Origin: a virus
DNA length: 64,000 bases
Strand: one strand, 5' to 3'
Virus record (IMG/VR): IMGVR_UViG_3300036770_002724
Coordinates: 64,001 to 128,000 of that record
Positions within the stretch are counted from its first letter, which is position 1, and every line of letters starts with the position of its first letter. Below are positions 1-8,169 of this stretch, in pieces. The notes beneath the pieces were generated by a model. That model was not told the DNA's origin, searched no databases, and saw only the letters and a program-made list of their open reading frames with translations. Made by a program: the position numbers and the translations under genes.

Positions 1-663
1 ACCACCTACGGGCTCGCAGGATACCTTCGGGAGCGGGTGCAGCCGGGAGGTACGGCGGCGCCTCTAGCGGGCCGTATGACCGCTGCGAACGCGGTTCTAC
101 AGGCGGCAGCAATCCAGTCGGCAGCAAACTCCGGTTCGGCATTGACCTTGGCAGCGATCAATGCCATCTTGGTGAACGTCGGGGTCGGCGGAACGGCGAA
201 CACCGACCTGGATGGAGCGGCGTCCAGTTCGTTTGGGTCGGTTCTCGACATCCTTCGGATTCTCGCGGGTGAGACGTACCGGACGCCGGAGTTCACCATC
301 GTCTGCAACCAGCTCAACCAGTTCCGGTCTTTGGCGGAGCGGACCACGCTGGTCGCGGGTCAGAACACGACGGTTACTGGCCAGAACTTCGTGAGCCAAG
401 GGTACTTCGTCGGCCCGACGGAACCGGGCTACCGGCTTCTCCCGACGTACATCGAGTCCGGCTACTTTCACGTCTCGGTCGCGGCAGGCTACCTCGCCGC
501 CCACAAGAATCCTGTGACCTTCCGCAATCCTGTTTTCGCCTATACCGCAGCGGCGGTTACCCCGTTTCTCCCTCGTGCCTATGCCTTGGACGGTACGGCA
601 ATTCCGTCCAGTGGCACTTACCCAGTCCTCGTGGTTTACGACGCGCAGGGTAACGTGCTGTAG
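1..663 (+). CDS. Hypothetical, probably virion-associated protein; 5'-truncated by the window edge
   Basis: Frame 1 is open from base 1 (TTYGLAGYLRERVQPGG...) to TAG at 661-663. Ala/Thr/Gly-rich composition; first of a run of tightly packed + strand genes leading into the neck genes. Confidence 0.6.
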   Translation, partial: TTYGLAGYLRERVQPGGTAAPLAGRMTAANAVLQAAAIQSAANSGSALTLAAINAILVNVGVGGTANTDLDGAASSSFGSVLDILRILAGETYRTPEFTIVCNQLNQFRSLAERTTLVAGQNTTVTGQNFVSQGYFVGPTEPGYRLLPTYIESGYFHVSVAAGYLAAHKNPVTFRNPVFAYTAAAVTPFLPRAYALDGTAIPSSGTYPVLVVYDAQGNVL

Positions 664-714
664 GGCGTCTCAGTCCGCTCGCCGGGTGGACCAGAGCCGT
701 CAACAGGACGTACC

Positions 715-951
715 ATGTCTAACGAAATCCACAAGACTTCTGACATCTACTATGCGGCGTACTTGAAGGTCGCCGGGGTCACTTTTTTGGGATCGGAGAG
801 AGACGGGGGTCGTGTCATCTTCCAGTTCGATGCCCCCGACCCCAATGTTCTTCGCGATCTCAAGACGCAGTACTTCAATCGGACGGCCAAAGTCGTCGCC
901 ATGACCTATGCCGACGAGTGTCGGGCGATGAAGAGCCTCACGCATACCTGA
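715..951 (+). CDS. Small phage protein, DUF5659-like
   Basis: 78 aa with TSDIYYAAYLKVAG...GRVIFQF pattern, recalled for DUF5659-type phage proteins; not verified by search. Confidence 0.55.
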   Translation: MSNEIHKTSDIYYAAYLKVAGVTFLGSERDGGRVIFQFDAPDPNVLRDLKTQYFNRTAKVVAMTYADECRAMKSLTHT

Positions 952-956
952 ACCGA

Positions 957-1277
957 ATGGGGAGCCGGTATCTTGATTCGATGCTCCCTGGTGCTCCTCC
1001 GGTCTTCTACTTGCTCGTGGCCTCGGGCCTGTGCTTCGCCTTGAGGAGCAAGATCGACCCCCTCTATGGGCGGTTCGGAGTCCTCGACCGGACCCTCGAC
1101 TGCGCCTTCTGTACGGGCCTTCATTGTGGCTGGATAACCTGGGGGATGTTCTGGGTCGAGTCCGGCTTCACGGAGGTCGTGTCCCTCGGTTCCCTTGCCT
1201 CATGGTGTCTGGCTTGCGGGTGGTTCTGTTACCTCTCCGAGACGGTCTTTGACCGGCTAGAGAACATCCATGACTGA
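957..1277 (+). CDS. Small membrane protein with CxxC motif (DUF1360-like)
   Basis: Hydrophobic segments flanking LDCAFCTGLHCGW. Start uncertain (GTG 918, ATG 957 or ATG 981). Confidence 0.55.
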   Translation: MGSRYLDSMLPGAPPVFYLLVASGLCFALRSKIDPLYGRFGVLDRTLDCAFCTGLHCGWITWGMFWVESGFTEVVSLGSLASWCLACGWFCYLSETVFDRLENIHD

Positions 1278-1569
1278 TCGTCGAGTCCACGGGGTCTCTC
1301 TCCATGTCCCTGACGACCTTGTCGCGGGGGCGTATGCGAACGCCTTTCGGATCCTCCAAGATGAGGGGTCGGACCTCTTCCTCGATTTTTGCTCTTATTC
1401 TGAGAGGGATAAGAAGGGGGTCGTGGTGGCGAGGGTCCGCGTACACGTCTCTTTCATCGAGCACATACGGGACCGGCTCTCTTCGACCCTCAAAGAGCTA
1501 GCCGATGACACCCTTCCCCCGACCGAGACTTTCTTGGTCAAGGGGCCGGGGGAAGGAGCGTTGAACTGA
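1270..1569 (+). CDS. DUF3467-like small protein
   Basis: YANAFRI...LFLDF...VVARVRV pattern typical of DUF3467-like proteins; overlaps the upstream stop codon. Confidence 0.55.
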   Translation: MTDRRVHGVSLHVPDDLVAGAYANAFRILQDEGSDLFLDFCSYSERDKKGVVVARVRVHVSFIEHIRDRLSSTLKELADDTLPPTETFLVKGPGEGALN

Positions 1570-1570
1570 C

Positions 1571-2524
1571 ATGTCGTTCACCCCAGGGCAAACGCTAGGG
1601 CGAGGGGATCTCGACCTGTTCCTCACGGACGCCAACGGCATCGCGACGAACGCTGCCGTCATCACCTACGCGCTCTACTATGTAGATCCGGGTCCGCCCG
1701 AGGTCGAAGTCCTCATTGGCTCTGCGACCCGGACGCCGGTCAATCCGGCCATCGGGGAGTACTACGCAGCCCTCATGGTCCCTCCGACGGCGACGCCGGG
1801 GACTTACAGGATTCGTTGGACGTTCCAGCAGTACGTCAACTCGACGCCCCAGCAGGTCGTTCAGGAGTGGCAGGTCGTTACCCCGGATACCCAGCTAACG
1901 GCGGTCCAGTATACGCCTTGTCAGACAGACCTCATCCGGAGGCTTCGGATTCTCCTTCGTGACAACAACCCCGATAAGAACTACCATTTCCGTCCGCCCC
2001 AGCACGAGGGGGCTATCGACCAGTTCAACCGCATCTTCGGTCGAATCTGGGAAGACGACGAGCTTCTCGAATACCTGGAGCGAGGGCTCGACTGGTGGAA
2101 CATGTTTCCCCCTTCGACCCGGGGTATGGACACCCTTGACAAGCTGTGCGCTGAGTATCCTGCTTGGAGGACGGCGGTCATGTGGGCGGCGATCACGCAC
2201 GCCTGTTTTGCCGTTGCTGCGAACTGGGTTGCGGACGAGTTCGATTACAGCATCGGCGGCGTTTCTTTGAGCATCGAAAGGTCGAGCAAGTACGAGTCGC
2301 TCAAGCAGAACGCCGAAGGCCAGTTCGACAAGGCCACCGAGGCGAAGGCGCGAACCGTGAAGTTCATTCGCGGTCTACAACAGCCCAAGTATGGGGTGGG
2401 CGTGCGAAGCGCCTTCGGACCATATGTAGGTAGAGGTGTGTTGAGTCCGAGGTCTTTCCTCGTTTTGCCTTTTTTCCTGTGGTTCTCGGGACTTGCGTCT
2501 TCTTCGTTGGGCTTGATGGCGTGA
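1571..2524 (+). CDS. Putative head-tail adaptor/neck structural protein
   Basis: N-terminal Ig-like beta domain (GEYYA...GTYRIRWTF) followed by a helical connector-like region (LIRRLRILLRD...DDELLEYLERGL...YSIGGVSLSI). Context upstream of the tail genes. Ends in a 20-aa hydrophobic tail. Confidence 0.55.
   Translation: MSFTPGQTLGRGDLDLFLTDANGIATNAAVITYALYYVDPGPPEVEVLIGSATRTPVNPAIGEYYAALMVPPTATPGTYRIRWTFQQYVNSTPQQVVQEWQVVTPDTQLTAVQYTPCQTDLIRRLRILLRDNNPDKNYHFRPPQHEGAIDQFNRIFGRIWEDDELLEYLERGLDWWNMFPPSTRGMDTLDKLCAEYPAWRTAVMWAAITHACFAVAANWVADEFDYSIGGVSLSIERSSKYESLKQNAEGQFDKATEAKARTVKFIRGLQQPKYGVGVRSAFGPYVGRGVLSPRSFLVLPFFLWFSGLASSSLGLMA
2447..2522 (+). repeat. 76-bp direct repeat, copy 1 (last 25 codons of the 1571-2524 gene)
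   Basis: ccgaggtctttcctcg...gggcttgatggcgt is identical to 5580-5655 on base-by-base reading. Confidence 0.95.
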
Positions 2525-2584
2525 CATCAAAGAAAATACGGGTAGGGGATAGACGTAACTAGAATCTTCGGCTAGATTAGTCGA

Positions 2585-3640
2585 ATGAGCGACCCCGTTT
2601 CTTGTCCGGCCTGTAAGAAGACGCTACCTATCAAGGGTATTCCGAAGCACGTTTCGGGTTGTCCGAGTTGGTCATCAAAGATTAGTATTCCGCCTTCCGA
2701 TTACAACTGGGACCTATATTTCAAGCGAGGCCCCTACGCGGAAGGGCTCCTCGAAGGAACTGATTGGGTACGTTGTCAATTGTGCTTCTCTGAAGGCAGG
2801 GACGCTCGTTTCAAGAGAATGATGGACCATCTCAAGAAAGTTCATTCCCTTACTGAAGAGTCTTACCTCGCGTCCTATCCCGGAGCCTCTGTACGGATTG
2901 AAGGTACTCGCCAAAAACGAGAAAAGACAGTCCGTGCCCGGTACGGTGTTGAGAACGTCTTTCAGGCAATTTCCGTAAAACGGGAGATTCGCGATTCGAT
3001 GATTCGGAACTACGGGGCTCCGAGTCCTTTGCAGGTCCCGGCCTTACGGGCGAAGGTCGCAGCGACTAATCTAGAACGCTTCGGAGTCGAAAATCCTTTC
3101 GCCTCACCAGAGGTTCAAGCGAAGATCCGAAAGACGAACCTTGATCGTTTCGGGGTAGCGAATCCGAATCAGTCTCCGGTTTTTCGGTTAAAAACGATTG
3201 AGAGCAACATTCAGAAATACGGATCTCCCGTACCTCAAGGCTTCGGATTAGAACGCAAGACCCGCCCCGAAGAGATCGTGGACGCCTTCAAAATTGAAGG
3301 TCTCTACTACACCGGAAATCGATCATATTGGGTTCGATGCGAGGGAGGAGACGGCGTCCCTAAGAACCGCAACCCGGACTTTGTGGTCTACGCGCCGGAG
3401 CAAATCGCTCTCGTCAATTCGGGAACCCCGCCCAACGAAGTCCGAACGAATAAGATCGTCGAGGTTATAGGCGATTGGTGGCATCGCGAAGAGATTGTAG
3501 GTCTTCCGCGAGACGCATACGTCGCTTCGAGGATTAAAGAGTATGCTTCGATCCGAATCTCCTGCCTCGTCATCTGGGAGTCGGAGGTCAAGACTCAACC
3601 CGAGGAGGTTCGGGCTCGGCTAGCGGATTGGTGCCGGTAG
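2585..3640 (+). mobile_element. Free-standing homing-type endonuclease: Zn fingers, tandem ~22-aa repeats, C-terminal Vsr/DUF559-like nuclease
   Basis: CPAC...H...C and CQLC...HLKKVH motifs; repeats of the TNLERFGVENP type; C-terminal RNPDFVV...KIVEVIGDWWH...CLVIWESE. Lower GC than neighbouring genes. Confidence 0.7.
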
Positions 3641-3678
3641 TCCGTTGTTGGTCTAGGGGGTTCGACGAAATCGCATAA

Positions 3679-4464
3679 CTAGCGCGTAGCTAGGTGGGTC
3701 TCGACCTTTCTCACCGCTTCGGAGAGGCGTTTCGACAGGTCCTCGAAGGTTGCCCCCGACACCGTGCTATCGCGAAACAGCTTTTTGTGTTCGGGTCTTT
3801 TCGGGGTGATCGTGAGTTTATAGGCCCCTTCCTTCCCCGTGATCCGGATACTCCCGTTCCCGAAAAAGTCTTCTCCCTGGCGAACAATCAACGCTTTCTG
3901 TTCGTTCAGGGTCGGACCCTTCCGCTCTTTGATTTTCTCCGGAAGGGGTTCGATCTCGACCCATTCCCCATCTTGGCTCACCGCGTAAAGGGGAAGCTGA
4001 TGGAGGTAGGGGTCGGATGAACTGAGGGCTTTTTTCCCTGTAAGGTTTTGCTGTACTTTGATTCCTGCCTTGAGCGCCCCCGATTTGTTCGATGTCTTCG
4101 TGAAGACGAGCCACGCCTTTCGATTCCAGTAGCGGACGCTAGGTTCCGCGAGAAGACCGAGTCCGGCGGGTTTGATGAGCGGACGGGCGTCTAGTACCTG
4201 GGAAGGGCTTCCCATCTTGCGCTCGATCTCGGAGATCGCCCTGGTCGTAGGGGGTGAGGGGTCTTCCTCTCCGACGTCGAAGAATTCAAAGCCGTCGAAA
4301 GCGGAGGTTTTTTCTCGCGGTCCTTCTCGTCGGGGGCCTGATGAAGTTCGACTGTTCCCTGTAACGGTAAGTTCTCCGCCTCTCTTTTTCAGCAGAGGGA
4401 GGAGTTGGGATCGAAGCTCAGGTTTGGAGAACGCGAGACGGATGACCTTGGACCGTAGGCTCAT
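3679..4464 (-). CDS. Hypothetical protein carrying the conserved N-terminal LRSK...LLPLL leader
   Basis: 261-aa ORF beginning MSLRSKVIRLAFSKPELRSQLLPLLK; the remainder has no recognised family. Confidence 0.75.
   Translation of the reverse strand: MSLRSKVIRLAFSKPELRSQLLPLLKKRGGELTVTGNSRTSSGPRREGPREKTSAFDGFEFFDVGEEDPSPPTTRAISEIERKMGSPSQVLDARPLIKPAGLGLLAEPSVRYWNRKAWLVFTKTSNKSGALKAGIKVQQNLTGKKALSSSDPYLHQLPLYAVSQDGEWVEIEPLPEKIKERKGPTLNEQKALIVRQGEDFFGNGSIRITGKEGAYKLTITPKRPEHKKLFRDSTVSGATFEDLSKRLSEAVRKVETHLATR
4387..4464 (-). repeat. Leader-peptide repeat copy (N-terminal)
   Basis: Encodes MSLRSKVIRLAFSKPELRSQLLPLLK. Confidence 0.9.
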
Positions 4465-4555
4465 ATACGCAGGGTTCTATAGAAGGGCGAGCGGAGGGGA
4501 TCAGACGTTACGGGATTCGGATTCGTCATTATTCTTTCTCTAGCGTCTTTTAGGT

Positions 4556-5500
4556 ATGCGTCATCGTCAAGCGGCTCGACCGATTACAATTGACAAGTCC
4601 CTAATTAACTCCATCATTCATTTTCTCGTTCCGGAAATCGAGAAATGGCTAAGGCGTCGTCCGGATCAGGACTCTCCGATTGGGTCTGTTCGCAATATCG
4701 CTAAGGACGACCTTCGTGTCGAGACGGCGGACGGGTATCGCTCGCGCAACGTGAAGGTTTATGTCCACGCGCGCCCGGCTGGGTCCAAAATCAAGGGGGT
4801 GGGGTTGGCGGTTGTCGGAGGGAAGGCTCAAAAGTATTCCGACAATACTTTTGATATCCAGTTGTTCATAAACGGCGACCTAAGCCCGAAAGAGTATCTG
4901 GTTCCTAGGGAATTTTTCGGTCAACCAGTCTTTGATCGCATGGGTTGGAGGAATACCAGCCTCACTAATCTACCTCACGGGCTATACATGACTCTGATGC
5001 ACGAGGTCACCCACATCGCAGATTTTCTCCTCAACGAACGCATTAAGCAAACGTACTCCTCCAAAGAAGTGGAGGGGAAGCTCGACTCGGATCCCTCTGT
5101 TCTATCAATGTACTACAACGACCCGCTTGAGGTTCGGGCGAAAATGCAGGAGATCGCGGATGACGCGGTGCGTCTGGCCAAGCAATTGCGCCCGCTTGTA
5201 GACGGCTCTAATCAGAGGCTAATGGACACAATACTAAGGCTCAGTTCTAGCTGGCAGGAGATCGAAAAGGAGCTTACGCCCCGGAACCGGGCGCTTATCT
5301 TGAAGGCAGTCTACACCGAACTCGATGATAGGGATCTTCTTTTTGCAGACAGCCCCGCTCCGCGTATCGCCTCTCGGTACGCCCGGCGTCTACTCCCCCT
5401 ATCTTCTTCGTCTAACATGAGCGATCTACGTTCTCGTCTGGTCCGCCTCGCTTACGCTCGTTCGGACCTTCGACCCCACTTGCTTCCTCTTCTTCGGTAA
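4556..5500 (+). CDS. Putative zincin-type metallopeptidase with C-terminal RIASRY motif and leader-peptide copy
   Basis: LMHEVTHIAD (HExxH) plus downstream YYNDPLEVRA; ends ...RIASRYARR...MSDLRSRLVRLAYARSDLRPHLLPLLR*. Confidence 0.65.
   Translation: MRHRQAARPITIDKSLINSIIHFLVPEIEKWLRRRPDQDSPIGSVRNIAKDDLRVETADGYRSRNVKVYVHARPAGSKIKGVGLAVVGGKAQKYSDNTFDIQLFINGDLSPKEYLVPREFFGQPVFDRMGWRNTSLTNLPHGLYMTLMHEVTHIADFLLNERIKQTYSSKEVEGKLDSDPSVLSMYYNDPLEVRAKMQEIADDAVRLAKQLRPLVDGSNQRLMDTILRLSSSWQEIEKELTPRNRALILKAVYTELDDRDLLFADSPAPRIASRYARRLLPLSSSSNMSDLRSRLVRLAYARSDLRPHLLPLLR
5417..5500 (+). repeat. Leader-peptide repeat copy (C-terminal/orphan, with own ATG, followed immediately by stop)
   Basis: Encodes MSDLRSRLVRLAYARSDLRPHLLPLLR*, in frame with the 4556 ORF. 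Confidence 0.85.
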
Positions 5501-5579
5501 GCTGCTGAACGGCCCTCCTATCTTCCGGGTTGGGGTCTCGTTCCTTTCACGTTGGCGCAAAGCGAGTTCGATTCGCTTC

Positions 5580-5655
5580 CCGAGGTCTTTCCTCGTTTTG
5601 CCTTTTTTCCTGTGGTTCTCGGGACTTGCGTCTTCTTCGTTGGGCTTGATGGCGT
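5580..5655 (+). repeat. 76-bp direct repeat, copy 2 (intergenic)
   Basis: Identical to 2447-2522. It is followed by AA, so the same frame also ends in a stop (TAA here, TGA in copy 1). Confidence 0.95.
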
Positions 5656-5678
5656 AACGGAGGATCGACTAAACGGCT

Positions 5679-6497
5679 TTACCGAAGAGCCGACCGGATG
5701 TAATCCATCCACACGTCGTCGCGCGCCCACTGGGTCGCTTGGATGTCGATGCTCTTGAGATCAATGCCTTTGCGAGCGACATAGGCGTCGACCCGGTCGA
5801 GATTCAACAGTTTGTCGTACAGCTTGCCCGTGACGAACGCTTTGGCTTGTCGCTCTACTGAAGACCCTTCAGGGTCGGCCTTGAACCCCAGCGGCGTCAC
5901 TCCGCGCTCTACGTCTGAGAGAGCGCGGTCCATCGCAGGGCGAACCTCGCGGTCGAAGTACTCTCGCACTAGGTCGTCCACCTTGCGCTGGGTGTCCGTC
6001 TTGAGTTCCTCGACCCACTGTTCCAAGGCACGGGCGTTTTCATCTTCGCGACGGGACATCTCCCGCTCGATCTTGTTGTATTCTTGGTGGGTCACCCGGT
6101 TGATTTCGTTCTTCTTATCCAGTGCCCGGATCAGTCCTGCGTACTCACGAGCCCCACCTACTTCCTTGAGGTTTCCATCCGTCACCCGCCACATGGACAC
6201 TTCCTGTTTGTCCGTGTCGTACACCCATAGGTATTTCCATTGAGGCCCACTTCGGACGCGGATCTCTCGGGCGCCGGGTCCGCCGACCTCGGGCTCTTCA
6301 GCCGTGTCTCCGGCCAGGCTTCCGGAGTGCGTGGACAGGACGTATTTCGTTCCTGCGACGGTCTCAGTGTGCGTGTTCCGCACGAAGGGCCGGATCGGGA
6401 TGATGTCCACGGCAGTTTTCAGAAGGGGCAACAGGTGGGGGCGAAGCTCAGGCTTGGCGTGGGCCAGCCTGATGACCTTGGATCGTAGGCTTGCCAT
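5679..6497 (-). CDS. Hypothetical protein carrying the conserved N-terminal leader
   Basis: 272-aa ORF beginning MASLRSKVIRLAHAKPELRPHLLPLLKTA; helical/coiled-coil C-terminal half. Confidence 0.8.
   Translation of the reverse strand: MASLRSKVIRLAHAKPELRPHLLPLLKTAVDIIPIRPFVRNTHTETVAGTKYVLSTHSGSLAGDTAEEPEVGGPGAREIRVRSGPQWKYLWVYDTDKQEVSMWRVTDGNLKEVGGAREYAGLIRALDKKNEINRVTHQEYNKIEREMSRREDENARALEQWVEELKTDTQRKVDDLVREYFDREVRPAMDRALSDVERGVTPLGFKADPEGSSVERQAKAFVTGKLYDKLLNLDRVDAYVARKGIDLKSIDIQATQWARDDVWMDYIRSALR
6417..6497 (-). repeat. Leader-peptide repeat copy (N-terminal)
   Basis: Encodes MASLRSKVIRLAHAKPELRPHLLPLLK. Confidence 0.9.
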
Positions 6498-6506
6498 GTG
6501 ATTCGC

Positions 6507-7079
6507 TCAGGGTGCATGGAGGTGGATCTGGATGGTGATAAGCAGGTCTTTTGCGAGTTGCTCGTTGATCGTCTTTCGCATCCGGTCGAACCGCATTTCG
6601 GCAATTTCGTAGTGACCTGTGGGGTCAACGTCGTCGAGGTATTTGCTAAGGTTCGTTATCTCTCCCTTCTCGAACACCTGAAAAAGCTGTTTGAGTGGAA
6701 GTTTGATGCTTGGGTCTTGGCTCAAGAACGCGATGTAATCGCCACCCCACTTGTTCTTGATATAGTTCAAGAGTGAGGTGTCCAGATTAGCGTCGAGTGG
6801 TCCATCCACATTGAAGTCGTACCCCATGAAGTATGACTCCTCCACCCGGCGTTTCCCTGTTTCTTTGACGTACTTCCTGAGCCACGGGCTCTTCCTCATC
6901 TTGGCGAGAGCCTTTTGGTAGAGCCCTTCCATTTTCGGGTTCTGGCGGGTGGGCTTGGACACGTCATACCAGGACATGTCGTATATCGACGTCGACGCTT
7001 CTTTCAAGAGGGGCAGCAAGTGAGACCGAAGCTCAGGACGCTGGTGCGCGAGGCGGATGACCTTGGATCGTAGGCTCAT
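6507..7079 (-). CDS. Hypothetical protein carrying the conserved N-terminal leader
   Basis: 190-aa ORF beginning MSLRSKVIRLAHQRPELRSHLLPLLKEA. Confidence 0.8.
   Translation of the reverse strand: MSLRSKVIRLAHQRPELRSHLLPLLKEASTSIYDMSWYDVSKPTRQNPKMEGLYQKALAKMRKSPWLRKYVKETGKRRVEESYFMGYDFNVDGPLDANLDTSLLNYIKNKWGGDYIAFLSQDPSIKLPLKQLFQVFEKGEITNLSKYLDDVDPTGHYEIAEMRFDRMRKTINEQLAKDLLITIQIHLHAP
7002..7079 (-). repeat. Leader-peptide repeat copy (N-terminal)
   Basis: Encodes MSLRSKVIRLAHQRPELRSHLLPLLK. Confidence 0.9.
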
Positions 7080-7122
7080 ACCCCAAGACGGGGAATAAGA
7101 AGGCTAACGAAAGGGCTGGGGG

Positions 7123-8022
7123 TCAGGGATACCGTCCTCGGCGGTGGTTTTGGACGATCCGCATGGCTTCCTGCTCCGACTTCGCCTTCTCGATGAGTGC
7201 GTACAAGAAGTTCAGTTCGTAAACCGTGATCTCCCCTTTGCGGTAGTCGTCGCTCACGGCATCATACGCGCGACTGTAGGACTTGGCACGTTTCAACAAG
7301 GGGAGGAGAGCAGGTCGAAACTCTGGCTTTTGGTAAGCCAGCCGGACGATTTGGCCTCGAAGGCTAGACGTCTTGCGGATGTTCGGCGTGATCGCCTGGT
7401 GCATCCAGTGCTCCGAGGTCTGGACGTGGCCCGCTCGGACGAACTTCGCAACGTGCTTGTCGAACTGCGACATCGGGAACGCCTTCGCCACCCGCACGAC
7501 GTAGCCCTCTGCTGGAGCCGACGAACTGAACAGGGACTTGAACGGATAGAGCCCCATGATTTTCTTGGTGTCCCACCGTCCGCGCCAGACGACCGGGGCG
7601 TGAGGGATGTCCAACAGCTTCGCCCATTCCTCCACCTCGTCCCAAGGACGAGCGTTGTTGCTCCCGTCTGCGACCCCGAACAATACGAAGTAGTCGGGAA
7701 GAAGGTCATACGCGATGGAGTGCTTGGCGTAGAGGTTCTCCCCCATGAACCGCCAACCATCGGGCGCCCCCATGCAACCGATCTCGCGAGCCTTGCCCTT
7801 GACGTAGTCGCGCGAAGGATGCCCCTTTGATTCCGTGGACCGAGCGTGACATTCGCCTGACGAGTAGATGGTGGTGTTCTCCCCGTCCATCTTCTCAGTC
7901 ACGACGACCTCTTTGCCCTCAAACATCTTCTCGACGGTTTCTAGGCTGTGCGTCTTGTCGTCAGACGTGGATCCTAGAGACCACGGAAGATGGTATGTCC
8001 GAGGGTATTTGGTCTTTGTCAT
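7123..8022 (-). CDS. ATP-dependent RNA ligase family protein (Rnl2-like nucleotidyltransferase) with a C-terminal extension containing a leader-peptide copy
   Basis: KYPRTYHLPWS, motif I TEKMDGEN (KxDG), GENL, YFVLFGV, EGYVVR, AKFVR. Likely start ATG 8022 (MTKTKYPRT). Confidence 0.85.
   Translation of the reverse strand: MTKTKYPRTYHLPWSLGSTSDDKTHSLETVEKMFEGKEVVVTEKMDGENTTIYSSGECHARSTESKGHPSRDYVKGKAREIGCMGAPDGWRFMGENLYAKHSIAYDLLPDYFVLFGVADGSNNARPWDEVEEWAKLLDIPHAPVVWRGRWDTKKIMGLYPFKSLFSSSAPAEGYVVRVAKAFPMSQFDKHVAKFVRAGHVQTSEHWMHQAITPNIRKTSSLRGQIVRLAYQKPEFRPALLPLLKRAKSYSRAYDAVSDDYRKGEITVYELNFLYALIEKAKSEQEAMRIVQNHRRGRYP
7291..7368 (-). repeat. Leader-peptide repeat copy (internal, after the RNA ligase domain)
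   Basis: Encodes SSLRGQIVRLAYQKPEFRPALLPLLK. Confidence 0.85.
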
Positions 8023-8169
8023 GGCTCGTCTTAGCCGGGTTATCCAAGAAATAACGGAGCCCCCAGCGTGTACACAGGAGGGCTTGGTGCGACGTGTGAG
8101 GGGGTGATTTTTTTTGTCTGGAACCGTGTCCGTTTTGAGTAGTGCCTTGCAGGACGAAAGGACGGACAG

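Noticed and set aside
5526-5582. tRNA-like T-loop (gcgagttcgattcgc) just before repeat copy 2
   Set aside because: The T-stem does not pair in register, and no D-arm, anticodon arm or full acceptor stem can be drawn; it is only a small hairpin.
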